From: Actinomycetota bacterium
GTDB taxonomy: Bacteria; Actinomycetota; Acidimicrobiia; Acidimicrobiales; Poriferisodalaceae
DNA: 64,000 nucleotides
Reading direction: 5' to 3'
Assembly: GCA_039197885.1 (NCBI GenBank)
Contig: JBCCTY010000001.1
Span: 1,088 to 65,087 of the forward strand
In this document: piece by piece, positions 18,844 through 28,671 of the stretch
Position numbering within the stretch: position 1 is the stretch's first letter
How the letters are laid out: the number at the start of each line of letters is the position of its first letter
Position numbers and translations under genes: made by a program
Notes under the pieces: model-generated
The model's input: the letters and a program-made list of their open reading frames with translations, nothing else
What the model was told of the DNA's origin: nothing
The model's database searches: none

Positions 18844-19539
18844 CTAGATGTCGTCGGGGCGGACGAGCTCGACGCTGTAGGTCCACTCGAACGTGGCGCC
18901 GCCTCCGGTGTTCTGGAAGATGCGGACGTCGATGTCGTCGGACGCGGTGCCGTCGCAGTAGACGACCGAGGCGACGGCTGCGCCGATGCGTGCGGTTCCG
19001 CCGTGAACGTTGTCGGAGACGGCGTAGGTGACACCGCCCACCGTGATGCTGAGGACCAGCCGGTCGCCGATCCCGAAGTTGCCGGTCGATCGGCACGACG
19101 CCACGACTCGGTACCAGCCCTCGATCGTCGGCACGACCCGCTCGTTCGCAGCGTCAGCCCACCCGTGCGTGTCGATACCCACGTCGCCACCGGCGAAGGC
19201 GAGCACCTGGTCAGTCGCCGTCGGGATCAGCTGAGAGACGACCCTGGCGCCGATCTTGACCAGCGGTGGACCGACGGCGGTGAGGGTTCCGAGGCAGGTC
19301 CAACTGCCTTGGGAGCCGACGACGAGGACGTGGTCGTCGACCTTGGGGCCGAGGTAGTGGCCGAGGGCGTAGATGCCGGGGACCTCTCCGCCGCCCTCGA
19401 TGTCGACGGTGAGCTTCGCTCTGCCTGAGACCCATGCGACGGCGGTGACGGTGCCGTGGCGGGTCTCGCTGTCGACGACGGGGAGGATCTGATGTTGCGC
19501 TCGTGCGATGCGGCGGCCGGTGGTGCGGGGGTCAGGCAC
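18844..19539 (-). CDS. minor tail protein
   Basis: 231-aa ORF placed by position after the Tal-like gene. Confidence 0.5.
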   Translation of the reverse strand: MPDPRTTGRRIARAQHQILPVVDSETRHGTVTAVAWVSGRAKLTVDIEGGGEVPGIYALGHYLGPKVDDHVLVVGSQGSWTCLGTLTAVGPPLVKIGARVVSQLIPTATDQVLAFAGGDVGIDTHGWADAANERVVPTIEGWYRVVASCRSTGNFGIGDRLVLSITVGGVTYAVSDNVHGGTARIGAAVASVVYCDGTASDDIDVRIFQNTGGGATFEWTYSVELVRPDDI

Positions 19540-20662
19540 TGCGCCGCTTCCTGGTGGTGCCGCTCATCGCGCCGGTGGCGAGGTCGAGCGAGTAGGCGTC
19601 GAGCACCCAGCGGTCGTCAATGCCGGCGTCGGGCAGGGTCACGGCGAACACGTCGCCGAGTTCGTGGGCCGGGTTGGGTGCGGCGTTCCAGGTGACGATC
19701 TCGCCGCTGCCGGGGAGCAGGTTGAGCTGGGCTGCCGCTGCGGCGTTGGCCTGGTCTTCGGTGGCGACGAACCCGTTGCGGACGATCAGGGGGCGTTCGC
19801 CGTAGGACCCGTAGCGGTAGAGCGGGTCGGCGGGGTCTTCGATCCAGGCTTCGCCTCGGACGGGGAAGAGGAGGAACGAGCCGTCACCGATGACGATGAC
19901 GCCGTTGTAGGCCTCGGTGTCGTCGTCGGCGAGCTCGAGGCGTTCGATGGTGACGGTCTCGTTGGCGTAGGTCCAGACCGGGGTGTCGAAGTCGTCGACG
20001 ATCGGGCCGGTGCGGAAGGTGCCGTCGGCGTCGAAGCGGGCGAAGAACCCGGCTGCGGTGGCGAGCTTCTGGACGGCGGCCCAGGGGTCGGCGTCGACGG
20101 TGAACGCGGTCTCTTCGAGTTCGCAGCCGCTGGAGGCCTCGAGGACGACGTCGATGTCGAACGGGATCCGGCTGCGGACGATGTCGATGAGCGTGGAGCA
20201 GGCGGCTCCGGCGGTGATCTGGAAGGCGTCGGTGAAGCGGTCCCGGGCGACTCGACGGCTACGGTCGTACCCGGTGAGCTGCCAGGTCCAGCCGCCACGC
20301 TCGTAGCGGCGGCGGCGCGATGACACCCCGAACACGCCTTGCGTGAAGAGGTCGGTGTCGCTGAGGCCGACGGTGATGCGCAGCTCCCGGCCGGTGGTGG
20401 GTGCGAGCTCGGTGGCGAGGTCGTCGGATGCGGTGTCTGTCTCGACGAGCTGCAGGTTCGCCTGCCGTGGTCGAGCCTGCGGAGTGTCCCCGCCACCGGT
20501 GATCGTGCGGTCCGCGGTGATCGAGCCACCGGTGAGCTTGAGCCCAAGGGACCCGTCCTCGGTAGAGCGCTGCGCGACACCGTCAACGAGGAGCTCGGCT
20601 CGGGCGATGAGCTCGCCGCCGTTGGCGACCAGGTCGGGGTAGGCGGTCGAGTAGGGCCGCAT
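19532..20662 (-). CDS. minor tail protein (Tal/baseplate-hub-like by position)
   Basis: ATG 20662 abuts the upstream stop. Second gene after the tape measure gene. Confidence 0.5.
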   Translation of the reverse strand: MRPYSTAYPDLVANGGELIARAELLVDGVAQRSTEDGSLGLKLTGGSITADRTITGGGDTPQARPRQANLQLVETDTASDDLATELAPTTGRELRITVGLSDTDLFTQGVFGVSSRRRRYERGGWTWQLTGYDRSRRVARDRFTDAFQITAGAACSTLIDIVRSRIPFDIDVVLEASSGCELEETAFTVDADPWAAVQKLATAAGFFARFDADGTFRTGPIVDDFDTPVWTYANETVTIERLELADDDTEAYNGVIVIGDGSFLLFPVRGEAWIEDPADPLYRYGSYGERPLIVRNGFVATEDQANAAAAAQLNLLPGSGEIVTWNAAPNPAHELGDVFAVTLPDAGIDDRWVLDAYSLDLATGAMSGTTRKRRSA

Positions 20663-22725
20663 CAGGAGGGTGGGGCGGCCTGGCGCCACGCGAACGTGAC
20701 GTCGTGGAAGTGGGCCGTGGACCAGTCCGGATCATCGGCACGGGCCCGGACCTGGTCCCGGTTGTTGGACCGGTTCACTCGGATCCACCAGGCCTCACCG
20801 AGGTGGTTGCGGAGCCGGAGCGTCCGGCCGCTCCCCAGCATCGCGAGCAGCGCGTCGTAGTCCGCCTTGCTGTACACCCGCACGGTGAGCGTCGCCATGT
20901 CACCGCGCTCGACCTCGGAGTGGGTGATGCCCTCTTCGCGGCCGATCGGTTCGAAGGTGTGGTGCCGGTCAGCGCTCGAGACGGGGTGGCGGCGGGCCTT
21001 GATCTCGAGCTGCGTGTCGGTGGTCAGGTCCCACAGGTCCCAGCGATCGAGCGCACCGGTCGGGCTGATGGCGAAGGCCTGACCCCAGTCCGAGTCGAGG
21101 CCATCTGCTGCGGACCCGGCGGGCGACGGGCGGGTCCGGGCTCGGTACTGGGCGCTGGCGCGTCCGGCGCTGCCCTTGTCGGTGAGGGTCTCGACTCCGA
21201 GGTGTGCGAAGTCGAAGGTGGTGGACCCGGGGACGGTGGTCCAGCGCTGGCCGTCGTCGGATCGCTGCAGCTCGGCGACCCAGTCGGTCGAGAGGTCGAT
21301 GAAGCTGAGGCCCGGCGACCAGGCCGGGTCGGATCCCAGCTGGATGCACGGGGCGTCGAGCAGGAACTCGATGCCGCCCGAGCTGGACACTTCGACGGCG
21401 AGAGCGAAGGACCAGCCCACCGAGCCGACCAGAGCTGGGAGCGTGGTGGTGATCGAGACCTGACGCCACTCGGTCTCGACGGCGGTGACGTTGCCCGTCA
21501 CGGTGGCGAGGGTTCCGCCGCCGAGTTCGGAGATCACCATCTCGAGGATGAAGAACTTGAACTGCGAGAGGGTGGTGTGTCGGACCCAGAGCGAGGCACT
21601 GAACGTCTCGCCCACTGACCAGACATCGGCGCTGGCTTGCAGGAGGTCGGTGCTGTCGATCTCGGCTCGCGCCGTGCTTCCGGTGGTTGGGGTGAACGAC
21701 GAGTGCTCGGTCCCGACGACGGCGTCGGTGGTCTCGCCGTTGCTGATCGTCGCGTTGGTCGGGTTCTCCAGCTGGGCGTCGAGGGAGCGATCGAGCCGGA
21801 AGATGTTGCCGGCCTGGCGGATCTGGAGGTCGACGTGGTTCGGGGTGCCAGCGGCGACCGTTGCGGCGACGATCTCGGGGGCCTTCGCGACGGCTTCGAT
21901 CACCGGGGTCAGGGCGGAGGCGGCCCAGGGCGACCACCAGGTGTCGGTGTCGATGGTCCAGACCTTCGCCGCTCGGACGTACGCCCAGTAGTTCCCGCCG
22001 CCGAGCTTCGCCCCGGTGGCGTGGCTGCGGAGGTTGCCGACCAGCTCGCCGGAGTCGTAGACGATCGCCGCGGCGGTGAGCGGGTCGAACCCAGCCGTGC
22101 CGGCCGCGTTGGAGCTAGCGTCGAGGGTCCCGTCGGCGACGATGATGACCCGAGCACGCTCGCTGGTGTTGGCCCCGTCGTCGGGATCACTGAACGCCCA
22201 GCTGACGAGCGCGCTCGCTGGCGTGGTCAGCTCCACGGAGCTGGTGGTCGGTTCGTCCTCGTACTCGATCTCGCCGTCGATGTCGGCGACCTCGAGGCCA
22301 CCCTGGAGTCCCGCGTGCAGCCGGACCTGGAGGCCAGCCAGTTCCGCCTCGGTCCAACGGCTGCCGTCGAGCTTCGCGGAGCGAGCGATGACGACACCGG
22401 ACGTCCATGCCGAGCTCGGCACCTGCATCTGTGACTGGGTCGAGATCCCGATCGCGCCGGCGAGCTGCAAGGAGGCCCGCAGATCGTTGGCACCGCCGCT
22501 GGGCTGGCGGGCTCGCGCACGCATCCGAACCTCAACCACTCGCGACCCTGTCGGAAGCGACGGCGACGCGAAGTCGAGGACTAGCGGGCTGGCACTCCCC
22601 CCCAGCGATGCCTCGGCGTAGGTCGCATCCGAGGCGTCGGCGAGAGCGCCGTGGATCGAGCCGCCGCCGACATTGGTCCAGTTCGTGGCCGCCGACCCGT
22701 CGGGCTGGACCGAGACGACGGTCAT
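20662..22725 (-). CDS. minor tail protein (distal tail protein-like by position)
   Basis: 687 aa. ATGA overlap with the tape measure stop. Confidence 0.55.
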   Translation of the reverse strand: MTVVSVQPDGSAATNWTNVGGGSIHGALADASDATYAEASLGGSASPLVLDFASPSLPTGSRVVEVRMRARARQPSGGANDLRASLQLAGAIGISTQSQMQVPSSAWTSGVVIARSAKLDGSRWTEAELAGLQVRLHAGLQGGLEVADIDGEIEYEDEPTTSSVELTTPASALVSWAFSDPDDGANTSERARVIIVADGTLDASSNAAGTAGFDPLTAAAIVYDSGELVGNLRSHATGAKLGGGNYWAYVRAAKVWTIDTDTWWSPWAASALTPVIEAVAKAPEIVAATVAAGTPNHVDLQIRQAGNIFRLDRSLDAQLENPTNATISNGETTDAVVGTEHSSFTPTTGSTARAEIDSTDLLQASADVWSVGETFSASLWVRHTTLSQFKFFILEMVISELGGGTLATVTGNVTAVETEWRQVSITTTLPALVGSVGWSFALAVEVSSSGGIEFLLDAPCIQLGSDPAWSPGLSFIDLSTDWVAELQRSDDGQRWTTVPGSTTFDFAHLGVETLTDKGSAGRASAQYRARTRPSPAGSAADGLDSDWGQAFAISPTGALDRWDLWDLTTDTQLEIKARRHPVSSADRHHTFEPIGREEGITHSEVERGDMATLTVRVYSKADYDALLAMLGSGRTLRLRNHLGEAWWIRVNRSNNRDQVRARADDPDWSTAHFHDVTFAWRQAAPPS

Positions 22726-25700
22726 CCGCCCGCCCGGGTCGTGGCGACCAGCTCGTCGGCGAGATCCTCCATGGCCCGATCGAGCGCGCCGGCGATCAGC
22801 CGGTCGGCAGCGGCTTCGTCGCCGATGACCTCCTCGTTGACGATCGAGATCGTCGGCTGGAAGTTCACGATCGACTCGGCCTGCTGCGAGGGCAGCGGGT
22901 TCGCCTGGTTGGCCTGGTCGATGAAGCCCGGGAGGCGTTCCTGGAGCAGCGACCCGGCGAGCCCTGCGCCGACCTGGTCGATCTCGGCGACGAGCCCGAG
23001 GATCTGGTCGGTTGCGCCGCCCGTGGCGAGGGACTCGACGAGTGCGAGGTTGCCGAGCCCGCTGGTGGCGAGGTCATCGACCAGGCCCGGTCCGACACCC
23101 CGGTCGCGCAGCGCCTGGATCCCGTCGGAGAACCGTCGGGCGGCTTCGAGGCGGTGCTCGAGCTGGGCGACCATCTGGTCCTCGGTGACCGTGGTGAGGT
23201 CGCCGCCGAAGAGGCCGAGGATGTCGCCAGCCTCGTTCGTGCTCGACCGCACCGACTCGACGAAGTCCCGGGCGAGGTCGGTGGCGTCGTCGAGGCGGTC
23301 CTGCAGGACGTCGTTGAGGTCATCGACGGCGTCGGCGAGCATCTCGGCCCGCTTCTCCAGGATCCGGGCCTCCTCTTCGGCGGCCCGCTCTTCCTCGGCC
23401 GCGATGTCGGACAGCTCCCGTTGGCGGAGTCGCCACACCTCGAGCCAGTTCTCGGTGAGCTCGGCCTCGTTCGCGATGAGGACCTCGAGCTCGGCGAGGT
23501 ACTCCTCGCGGTCGATGATCCCGATCTCGTAGACGACCCGGAGGTGGTTGAGCGTGAGCTCGAACTCCGACGGTCCATCAGGGCCGCTCCCGCCGCCTCC
23601 GCCGCCACCACCTCCGCCGCCTCCGCTGGCGGCACCGCGGCGATCGATCACCCGCCCGGGCGTGGAGACTCGGCCGACGTCGCCGACGTCGATGATCGGG
23701 ACGTTGGGGTTCCCGATGCCGGGGATCACGCCGAAGGCGTTGAACGCGTTGCGGAGCTCCTGGAGGGCGGCGGCGATCGGGGAGAGGTCGGCGCCGAAGG
23801 CGACTTCGATGCCTCCGGGCACTGAGGAGATCGCCGCGTTCACGGCGTTCACGGCGGCGAGCGCGTCGTTCGGGTCGCCGAGGATCTCGGTGAGCACCGA
23901 CGACGGGATCAGGCCGAGCGCGACGAGGTAGTCGAAGACCTCGGCGGTGGTGAACCCGAGCTGTTGGGCGACGGCGAAGATCGCGCCGATCTGCCCGTTG
24001 AACGCGAGGCGGGCCTGGTCCACCGAGCCGGTCTGCTCGAGGACGGCCTGGGAGTGGGCTCGAGCGGCATCGACGGCGCCGGCCAGGATGTCCTGGTTCC
24101 GGCGCCCAATGTCGGAGTAGTCGTCGAGCGACGTGCCCGCCTCGTCGACGTGATCGATCAGCTCGATCAGAGCGTCCTCGACGTCACGGTTCGCCGCGGC
24201 GACATCCGACGCCACACCGATCAGGCCGTCGAGCTCGCTCTGTAGGCGCTCGAGCTCCTCGCTCGCGTCGGTCGCTCCGGCGCTGAGATCGCCGAGCGCA
24301 GCTTCGACCTCGGCAGCGGCGGTGGAGCCTCGCCCGAGCTCTTCGTTCACGAGCCCCATCGCGTCGTCGCCCGCCTGGAGACTCCCCGAGAGGTCGTCGA
24401 TCTCGCGACCGAGCAACTGGTAGGTGTCGACCAGCTGCATCGTCGGGTCATCGACGCCCTCGATGCTCTCCCGGAGCCGCAACAGTGCAGCGAGCGCCGC
24501 CTCGGTGCCCTCGTCACCGATCTCGCGGATCGTGTCCCGGAGTTCGATGAGCTCCAGCGAGGCGCCGACGCCGCCGGATCCGAAGTCGCCGGCGAGGAAG
24601 CTCTCGATTCGATCGATGGCTTCGCCGAACTCGGCCTGGAACTCGTCGGCGCTGGTGCTGAGGATTCCGTCGATCTTGTCCCCGGTGGTCTGAGCTTCGT
24701 CCCCGAGGATCCCCATGATGATGGCGGCACCGCCGATCGCGGTCGCCAGGAGGCCGGCGGCACCAGCCGCGGCGCCGAGGCCGGCGGTGACTCGACTGAT
24801 GCCGGTCGTGCCAGCCGCCCGGAGGTTCGTGAACTGGGTGCGGACGTTGCTGATGCGGTCGCCGAGCAGTCGGCTCGCTGCGGCTGCGGCGAGAGAGGCG
24901 GCAGTGACGCCGGTGAGCACGACCACGGCTTGGCGTGCCGGGCCAGGCATGCTGCCGATCGCTTCGGCGGCGTCGGCGAGAGCGGACGCAGTGGGACCGA
25001 TGACGGGCAGCAAGACGTCGCCGAAGGCGATCCCGACGTCGAGGAGGTTGACGGCGAGCTGGCGCAGCTGGAAGGCGGCGGTCTCCGTGCGCTCGGCGAA
25101 CTCCGCCTGGAGGGCGCTGTTCTCGGCGTAGGCGCCTTCGGCGGTCGTGAGGGTGCGGTTCACGAGGTCGCCGGCGCCTGCGAGGGACTGGAAGGTGCGA
25201 ACGACGCGGACGTCGGAGAGGCCGAGCTCGTCGAGGACCTGAGTGACGCTGGCGCCGCGCTCCTCGACGCGTCCCAGTCCGATCACGAACTCGTTGAACG
25301 CTGCGGCGGCGTCCTCGGCGAAGAGCCCGGCGAAGGCGTCCTCGCTGAGCCCGGCCACCTCGGCGAAGGTCGCCAGGGAGTCAGTGCCGTCGGCGACGGC
25401 CGTCGACATCTCGTTGAGCGCTCGTCCGATGGCCGTGCCGGCTGCTTCGGCGGGCAGACCGACCGAGACGGCGGCCGTCGCCAGGGCGAGGGTCTGGGCT
25501 TCGGTGAAGCCGGCGACCTCGCCGTAGGAGGCGAGCCGGTTGGTGAGCTCGAGGATCTCGGCTTCGGTGGCCGCGAAGTTGTTGCCCAGCGCGACGAGCG
25601 TCGACCCGAACTCGTCGAACTGGTCCTCGGCGAGGCCGGTGATCTCGCTGATCCGGGCGAGGCTGAATGCGGCCTCGTCGGCGTTGAGGACCGTGGTCTG

Positions 25701-26102
25701 GACGAGCTGACCGATGACGTCGGTGAACTCGTCGATGCCCTGCGTGGAGATGCCGAGCTGACCGGCGGACTCGGCGATCTGAGCGATCTCTCCGGGCAGG
25801 AGTCCGAGCTCACCGGCGAGGCTCCGGAGTGCGACCTCGAGCTCGGCGAACTCGGCGGGCGTGCCCTCGACGGTCTTGCGGACCCCGGTGAAGTCCGACT
25901 GCCACCGGACGGCCGCAGCGGCCGACAGACCGAGCGCGCCGGCCAGGCCGGCGGAGAGACCGAGGCCGACCTGGGCGACCTCGTCGCTGAAGCCCCGCAT
26001 GTCGCGAGCGGCTCGGTCGAGACCGAGTGACCAGCGGCGTGCGTCGGCGACGAGGAACCCGGTGACGGTCGGGCCACGGCCACGTCCGAGGGCAGCGGTC
26101 AT
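22722..26102 (-). CDS. tape measure protein
   Basis: 1126 aa, Ala/Gly/Leu-rich helical repeats, an internal run of 14 Gly. Located after the chaperone pair. Confidence 0.9.
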   Translation of the reverse strand: MTAALGRGRGPTVTGFLVADARRWSLGLDRAARDMRGFSDEVAQVGLGLSAGLAGALGLSAAAAVRWQSDFTGVRKTVEGTPAEFAELEVALRSLAGELGLLPGEIAQIAESAGQLGISTQGIDEFTDVIGQLVQTTVLNADEAAFSLARISEITGLAEDQFDEFGSTLVALGNNFAATEAEILELTNRLASYGEVAGFTEAQTLALATAAVSVGLPAEAAGTAIGRALNEMSTAVADGTDSLATFAEVAGLSEDAFAGLFAEDAAAAFNEFVIGLGRVEERGASVTQVLDELGLSDVRVVRTFQSLAGAGDLVNRTLTTAEGAYAENSALQAEFAERTETAAFQLRQLAVNLLDVGIAFGDVLLPVIGPTASALADAAEAIGSMPGPARQAVVVLTGVTAASLAAAAASRLLGDRISNVRTQFTNLRAAGTTGISRVTAGLGAAAGAAGLLATAIGGAAIIMGILGDEAQTTGDKIDGILSTSADEFQAEFGEAIDRIESFLAGDFGSGGVGASLELIELRDTIREIGDEGTEAALAALLRLRESIEGVDDPTMQLVDTYQLLGREIDDLSGSLQAGDDAMGLVNEELGRGSTAAAEVEAALGDLSAGATDASEELERLQSELDGLIGVASDVAAANRDVEDALIELIDHVDEAGTSLDDYSDIGRRNQDILAGAVDAARAHSQAVLEQTGSVDQARLAFNGQIGAIFAVAQQLGFTTAEVFDYLVALGLIPSSVLTEILGDPNDALAAVNAVNAAISSVPGGIEVAFGADLSPIAAALQELRNAFNAFGVIPGIGNPNVPIIDVGDVGRVSTPGRVIDRRGAASGGGGGGGGGGGGSGPDGPSEFELTLNHLRVVYEIGIIDREEYLAELEVLIANEAELTENWLEVWRLRQRELSDIAAEEERAAEEEARILEKRAEMLADAVDDLNDVLQDRLDDATDLARDFVESVRSSTNEAGDILGLFGGDLTTVTEDQMVAQLEHRLEAARRFSDGIQALRDRGVGPGLVDDLATSGLGNLALVESLATGGATDQILGLVAEIDQVGAGLAGSLLQERLPGFIDQANQANPLPSQQAESIVNFQPTISIVNEEVIGDEAAADRLIAGALDRAMEDLADELVATTRAGG

Positions 26103-26546
26103 CTACGCCTCCTCGGGGTCGGGGTCGTTGGGGACCAGCACGATGCGGTGGTGGCGAGGGATCTGGCCGCCGTTGGCGTCCCGCACCTCCTTCGCCGCCT
26201 CCTCGCGCATCTCGCACCCGGGGCAGCTGAGGACCTCGGCGCGGTAGATCGGTGGACGGCGGAGGCGCCCTCGGTCGTCGAGGTGATCGGCTGGCCGGGT
26301 GCCGCAGGACTGGCAGAGCTCGTCGAGGTGGCTGCGATAGGCGAGCTGGACGTCGAGGTCGGCCTCGCTCCAGCGGCCGGGCTCGTCGGATCCTCGGATC
26401 GTGGAGAGGGGCAGGTGGTACGCCTCGGCCAGCCGGAGCTCTTCGACCGATCGAGGCGTCAGGATTTCCCCAGGTCGACCTTCCTGGCCTGCTGGTTGAT
26501 CTGGTGCGCTGCGTTGACCACCTCGCGAACCTCGCCCATCGACCAC
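26103..26546 (-). CDS. -1 frame extension of the tail assembly chaperone (GT-like product), not an independent gene
   Basis: In the -1 frame relative to 26459..26944 and overlapping it by 88 nt. Ends exactly at the tape measure start. Confidence 0.6.
   Translation of the reverse strand: MVDGRGSRGGQRSAPDQPAGQEGRPGEILTPRSVEELRLAEAYHLPLSTIRGSDEPGRWSEADLDVQLAYRSHLDELCQSCGTRPADHLDDRGRLRRPPIYRAEVLSCPGCEMREEAAKEVRDANGGQIPRHHRIVLVPNDPDPEEA
26420..26471 (-). promoter_or_regulatory. candidate programmed -1 frameshift site: GGGGAAA plus downstream stem-loop
   Basis: Minus-strand CTG GGG AAA TCC TGA at 26473-26459. An 8-bp stem ACGCCTCG/CGAGGCGT (26459-26452 / 26427-26420) starts 5 nt after the A-run. 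Confidence 0.5.
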
Positions 26547-26944
26547 TCGGGGTCGGTGACGAAGGCCAGGGCCTCGTCGAGCGTCATGGCCGGCTCGATG
26601 AGGCAGGCGGCGAGCAGGTGCGCGCCTTGCGAGGTGCCGCGGTCCTTCTCGGCGGGGTGTTCGGTGACGAGCTCCTCGTAGGCGGCCCGGCCGATCGAGC
26701 GGAGCCGGAACTCCACGGTGTGCTCGGCAGCGGCGTCGCTGGCGTCATCGAGCCGCTGCCGAGCGGCAGCGAGAGCGGCCTGGGCATCGTCGTTCTCGGG
26801 GACGCGAGTCGACCGGGCCTCGGCCGCTGCGAGAGCGGCACGGGCCCGGTCGAGCTCGTCGAGCACGTCGTCGTCGTCGAGCGCGAGCACGACGGTGGTC
26901 TCGCGGGGCTGCTTGCGAGCCCGGATCTCGGACCAGGTGCTCAC
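26459..26944 (-). CDS. tail assembly chaperone (G-like)
   Basis: 161 aa, acidic, lying between the major tail and tape measure genes. GTGA overlap with the major tail stop. Confidence 0.65.
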   Translation of the reverse strand: MSTWSEIRARKQPRETTVVLALDDDDVLDELDRARAALAAAEARSTRVPENDDAQAALAAARQRLDDASDAAAEHTVEFRLRSIGRAAYEELVTEHPAEKDRGTSQGAHLLAACLIEPAMTLDEALAFVTDPEWSMGEVREVVNAAHQINQQARKVDLGKS

Positions 26945-27411
26945 GCCGCCTGGACACCCTCGGTCGGGCTGCCCTGGAGGCCGAACTGGACGACGACCGT
27001 GGGGGCCTCGTTCATGACCTGGAGGTCACGGGTGTTCTGCTTCTTCACCTGGACCGGCCAGATCTTCGAGTCCTTCGTCTCAGCCTGGCCGTCGTAGAGG
27101 AAGGCCAGCCAACCGACGGTGTCCTCGGCCAGGGCGGTGCGCATGGCGGCGACGCCGTCGTCGTCGCGGTAGAGCGTGATGCTCGAGCTGGGCGCCGAGG
27201 TGGTCCCGTTGCCGGTCTTGTCGAAGTCGTCGCTGAGGTCGGCGGTGTCGAGGTCGGCGACGTTCTCGTCGAAGCCTTCGATGGCTCGCACGCTCGGAGT
27301 GAGCGCGGTGCCGGCGGTCAGCTCGGCCTGCGTCGGTGCGGCGAGATCGGATGGCGCGCTGGCGAGGAAGATCGCCACACCGCGACCACGGGTGATCGTT
27401 CGTGCTGCCAT
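26941..27411 (-). CDS. major tail (tube) protein, by position
   Basis: 156 aa from ATG 27411, immediately upstream of the chaperone pair. Confidence 0.55.
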   Translation of the reverse strand: MAARTITRGRGVAIFLASAPSDLAAPTQAELTAGTALTPSVRAIEGFDENVADLDTADLSDDFDKTGNGTTSAPSSSITLYRDDDGVAAMRTALAEDTVGWLAFLYDGQAETKDSKIWPVQVKKQNTRDLQVMNEAPTVVVQFGLQGSPTEGVQAA

Positions 27412-27413
27412 GG

Positions 27414-27698
27414 TCAGGCCTCCTTCGTCTCGGGCTTCAGGGCGGCGGCGGGTGCCGCTGCCTTCTTGGCCGGCGCCGGCTTCGTCGGCTCGTCGGCGGC
27501 GGTCGCGTCGGGCTTCGGCCCCTCGGCCTCGGCGGTGTCGATGGCGGCGGTGGTCTCCTCGTCGTTCTCCTCCTCCACGAGCTCCCAGCCCTTCGTGGCC
27601 CAGTGCTCGGCCTGGAAGTCGAAGCAGACCAGGTCGTTCTTGATGTCCTCGTGGGGGTGACGCATGGTCACCCGCTTGGCGTTGGTGTTGGCTCCCAT
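27414..27698 (-). CDS. hypothetical head-tail region protein with acidic core and Ala/Pro/Lys-rich tail
   Basis: 94 aa from ATG 27698 with an AGGAGG RBS. Confidence 0.5.
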   Translation of the reverse strand: MGANTNAKRVTMRHPHEDIKNDLVCFDFQAEHWATKGWELVEEENDEETTAAIDTAEAEGPKPDATAADEPTKPAPAKKAAAPAAALKPETKEA

Positions 27699-27724
27699 GG
27701 GTCCTCCTCGGGGGGTTGGGGAGA

Positions 27725-28207
27725 TCAGGTGGTCGGGATGCCGGCGCCGTGGAGGGCGTCGGTTGCTGCTGCGGCGATCGCTGTGGCGACGTCGTCGTGG
27801 GACTCGTCGATGGCGGGCTCGATGAACGCTCGGCGGGGCTGCGCGACCCAGGTCCAGGTGCGGCGCTCGCCTCGGGCGAAGACGGGGTGGCGGCCCTGCT
27901 TGCGTCCGAAGGAGCCGACGCCGGGCTGTTCGAAGACGTGGGCGTAGGGGGCGCCCTTGCCGCCGGCTCGGATGAACACGCCGCGGCGATCGATGCCGAG
28001 CTTGATGGTGCTGGCGAGGTGGCCATCGAGGCGTGGGGCGTGGGCCTTGGCGCGCAGGACGGCCTTGGTACCGGCACGGCGCATCCTGCTGCGGACCCGG
28101 CGGTTGGTCGATCGGCCGGCTTCGCGAAGCTGGCGGATGAGGATCTCGTGGCCGTCGAGAACGAACGCGCCGCCGGTGCCGACGGTGCGGTCGATCGGTG
28201 CGGTCAC
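27725..28207 (-). CDS. HK97 gp10-like head-tail joining protein
   Basis: GTG 28207 (GTGA overlap). The RAKAHAPRLDGHLASTIK...GAPYAHVFE pattern is typical of the gp10 family. Confidence 0.55.
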   Translation of the reverse strand: MTAPIDRTVGTGGAFVLDGHEILIRQLREAGRSTNRRVRSRMRRAGTKAVLRAKAHAPRLDGHLASTIKLGIDRRGVFIRAGGKGAPYAHVFEQPGVGSFGRKQGRHPVFARGERRTWTWVAQPRRAFIEPAIDESHDDVATAIAAAATDALHGAGIPTT

Positions 28208-28671
28208 TGGGCGGCGAGCAGGGAGAGGATCTCGAAGCTGCCGCCAACACGGGCAAGTGACCCGGCGTCGGTGGTGCCGTGGTCGAGGAACTCGACCGAG
28301 ACGGTGCACCAGCTGCAGGCCCCGCCGAGGGTGACGTCGGCGCTGATGAGGGCCTGGAGGCGCTCGAGGTGGGCTCGGATCTCGGCCCGGAGCTCGGCGG
28401 CGGTGAGTCCGCCGCGGCCTTCGTTGCCGACGATGGCCCACTCGATGGAGAACTGCTCGTCGCGCGAGATCGGGTCGCCGAGGTCGCGGTCGAGTTCGGT
28501 CTCGGAGCCTGCCTCGGAGGCGTTGCCGATCCAGAGCGCCCAGCGGTGGACCGGCTTGTCGTCGTTGTCGAGGAACTGCTCGCCCTGGAGGGTCTCGTCG
28601 ACCACCCAGGCGGGGAGGAGGCCGGTGAGGGCGTCGTAGACGTCGAAGATGGTGGTGGGGAGGTCGCTCAT
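28204..28671 (-). CDS. head-tail connector/completion protein (hypothetical)
   Basis: 155 aa. ATGA overlap at 28668-28671. Confidence 0.45.
   Translation of the reverse strand: MSDLPTTIFDVYDALTGLLPAWVVDETLQGEQFLDNDDKPVHRWALWIGNASEAGSETELDRDLGDPISRDEQFSIEWAIVGNEGRGGLTAAELRAEIRAHLERLQALISADVTLGGACSWCTVSVEFLDHGTTDAGSLARVGGSFEILSLLAAQ

Noticed and set aside
23575-23640. Run of 14 Gly codons (GGN) in the tape measure gene as a possible slippage or phase-variation tract
   Set aside because: The codons are mixed (ggc/gga/ggt/ggg), not a homopolymer or perfect microsatellite. More likely a flexible linker.
26103-26546. Independent 147-aa gene starting at 26546
   Set aside because: It has no RBS, overlaps the chaperone by 88 nt, and its N-terminus is Arg/Gly-rich and implausible. 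The position and -1 frame fit the conserved G/GT frameshift product.
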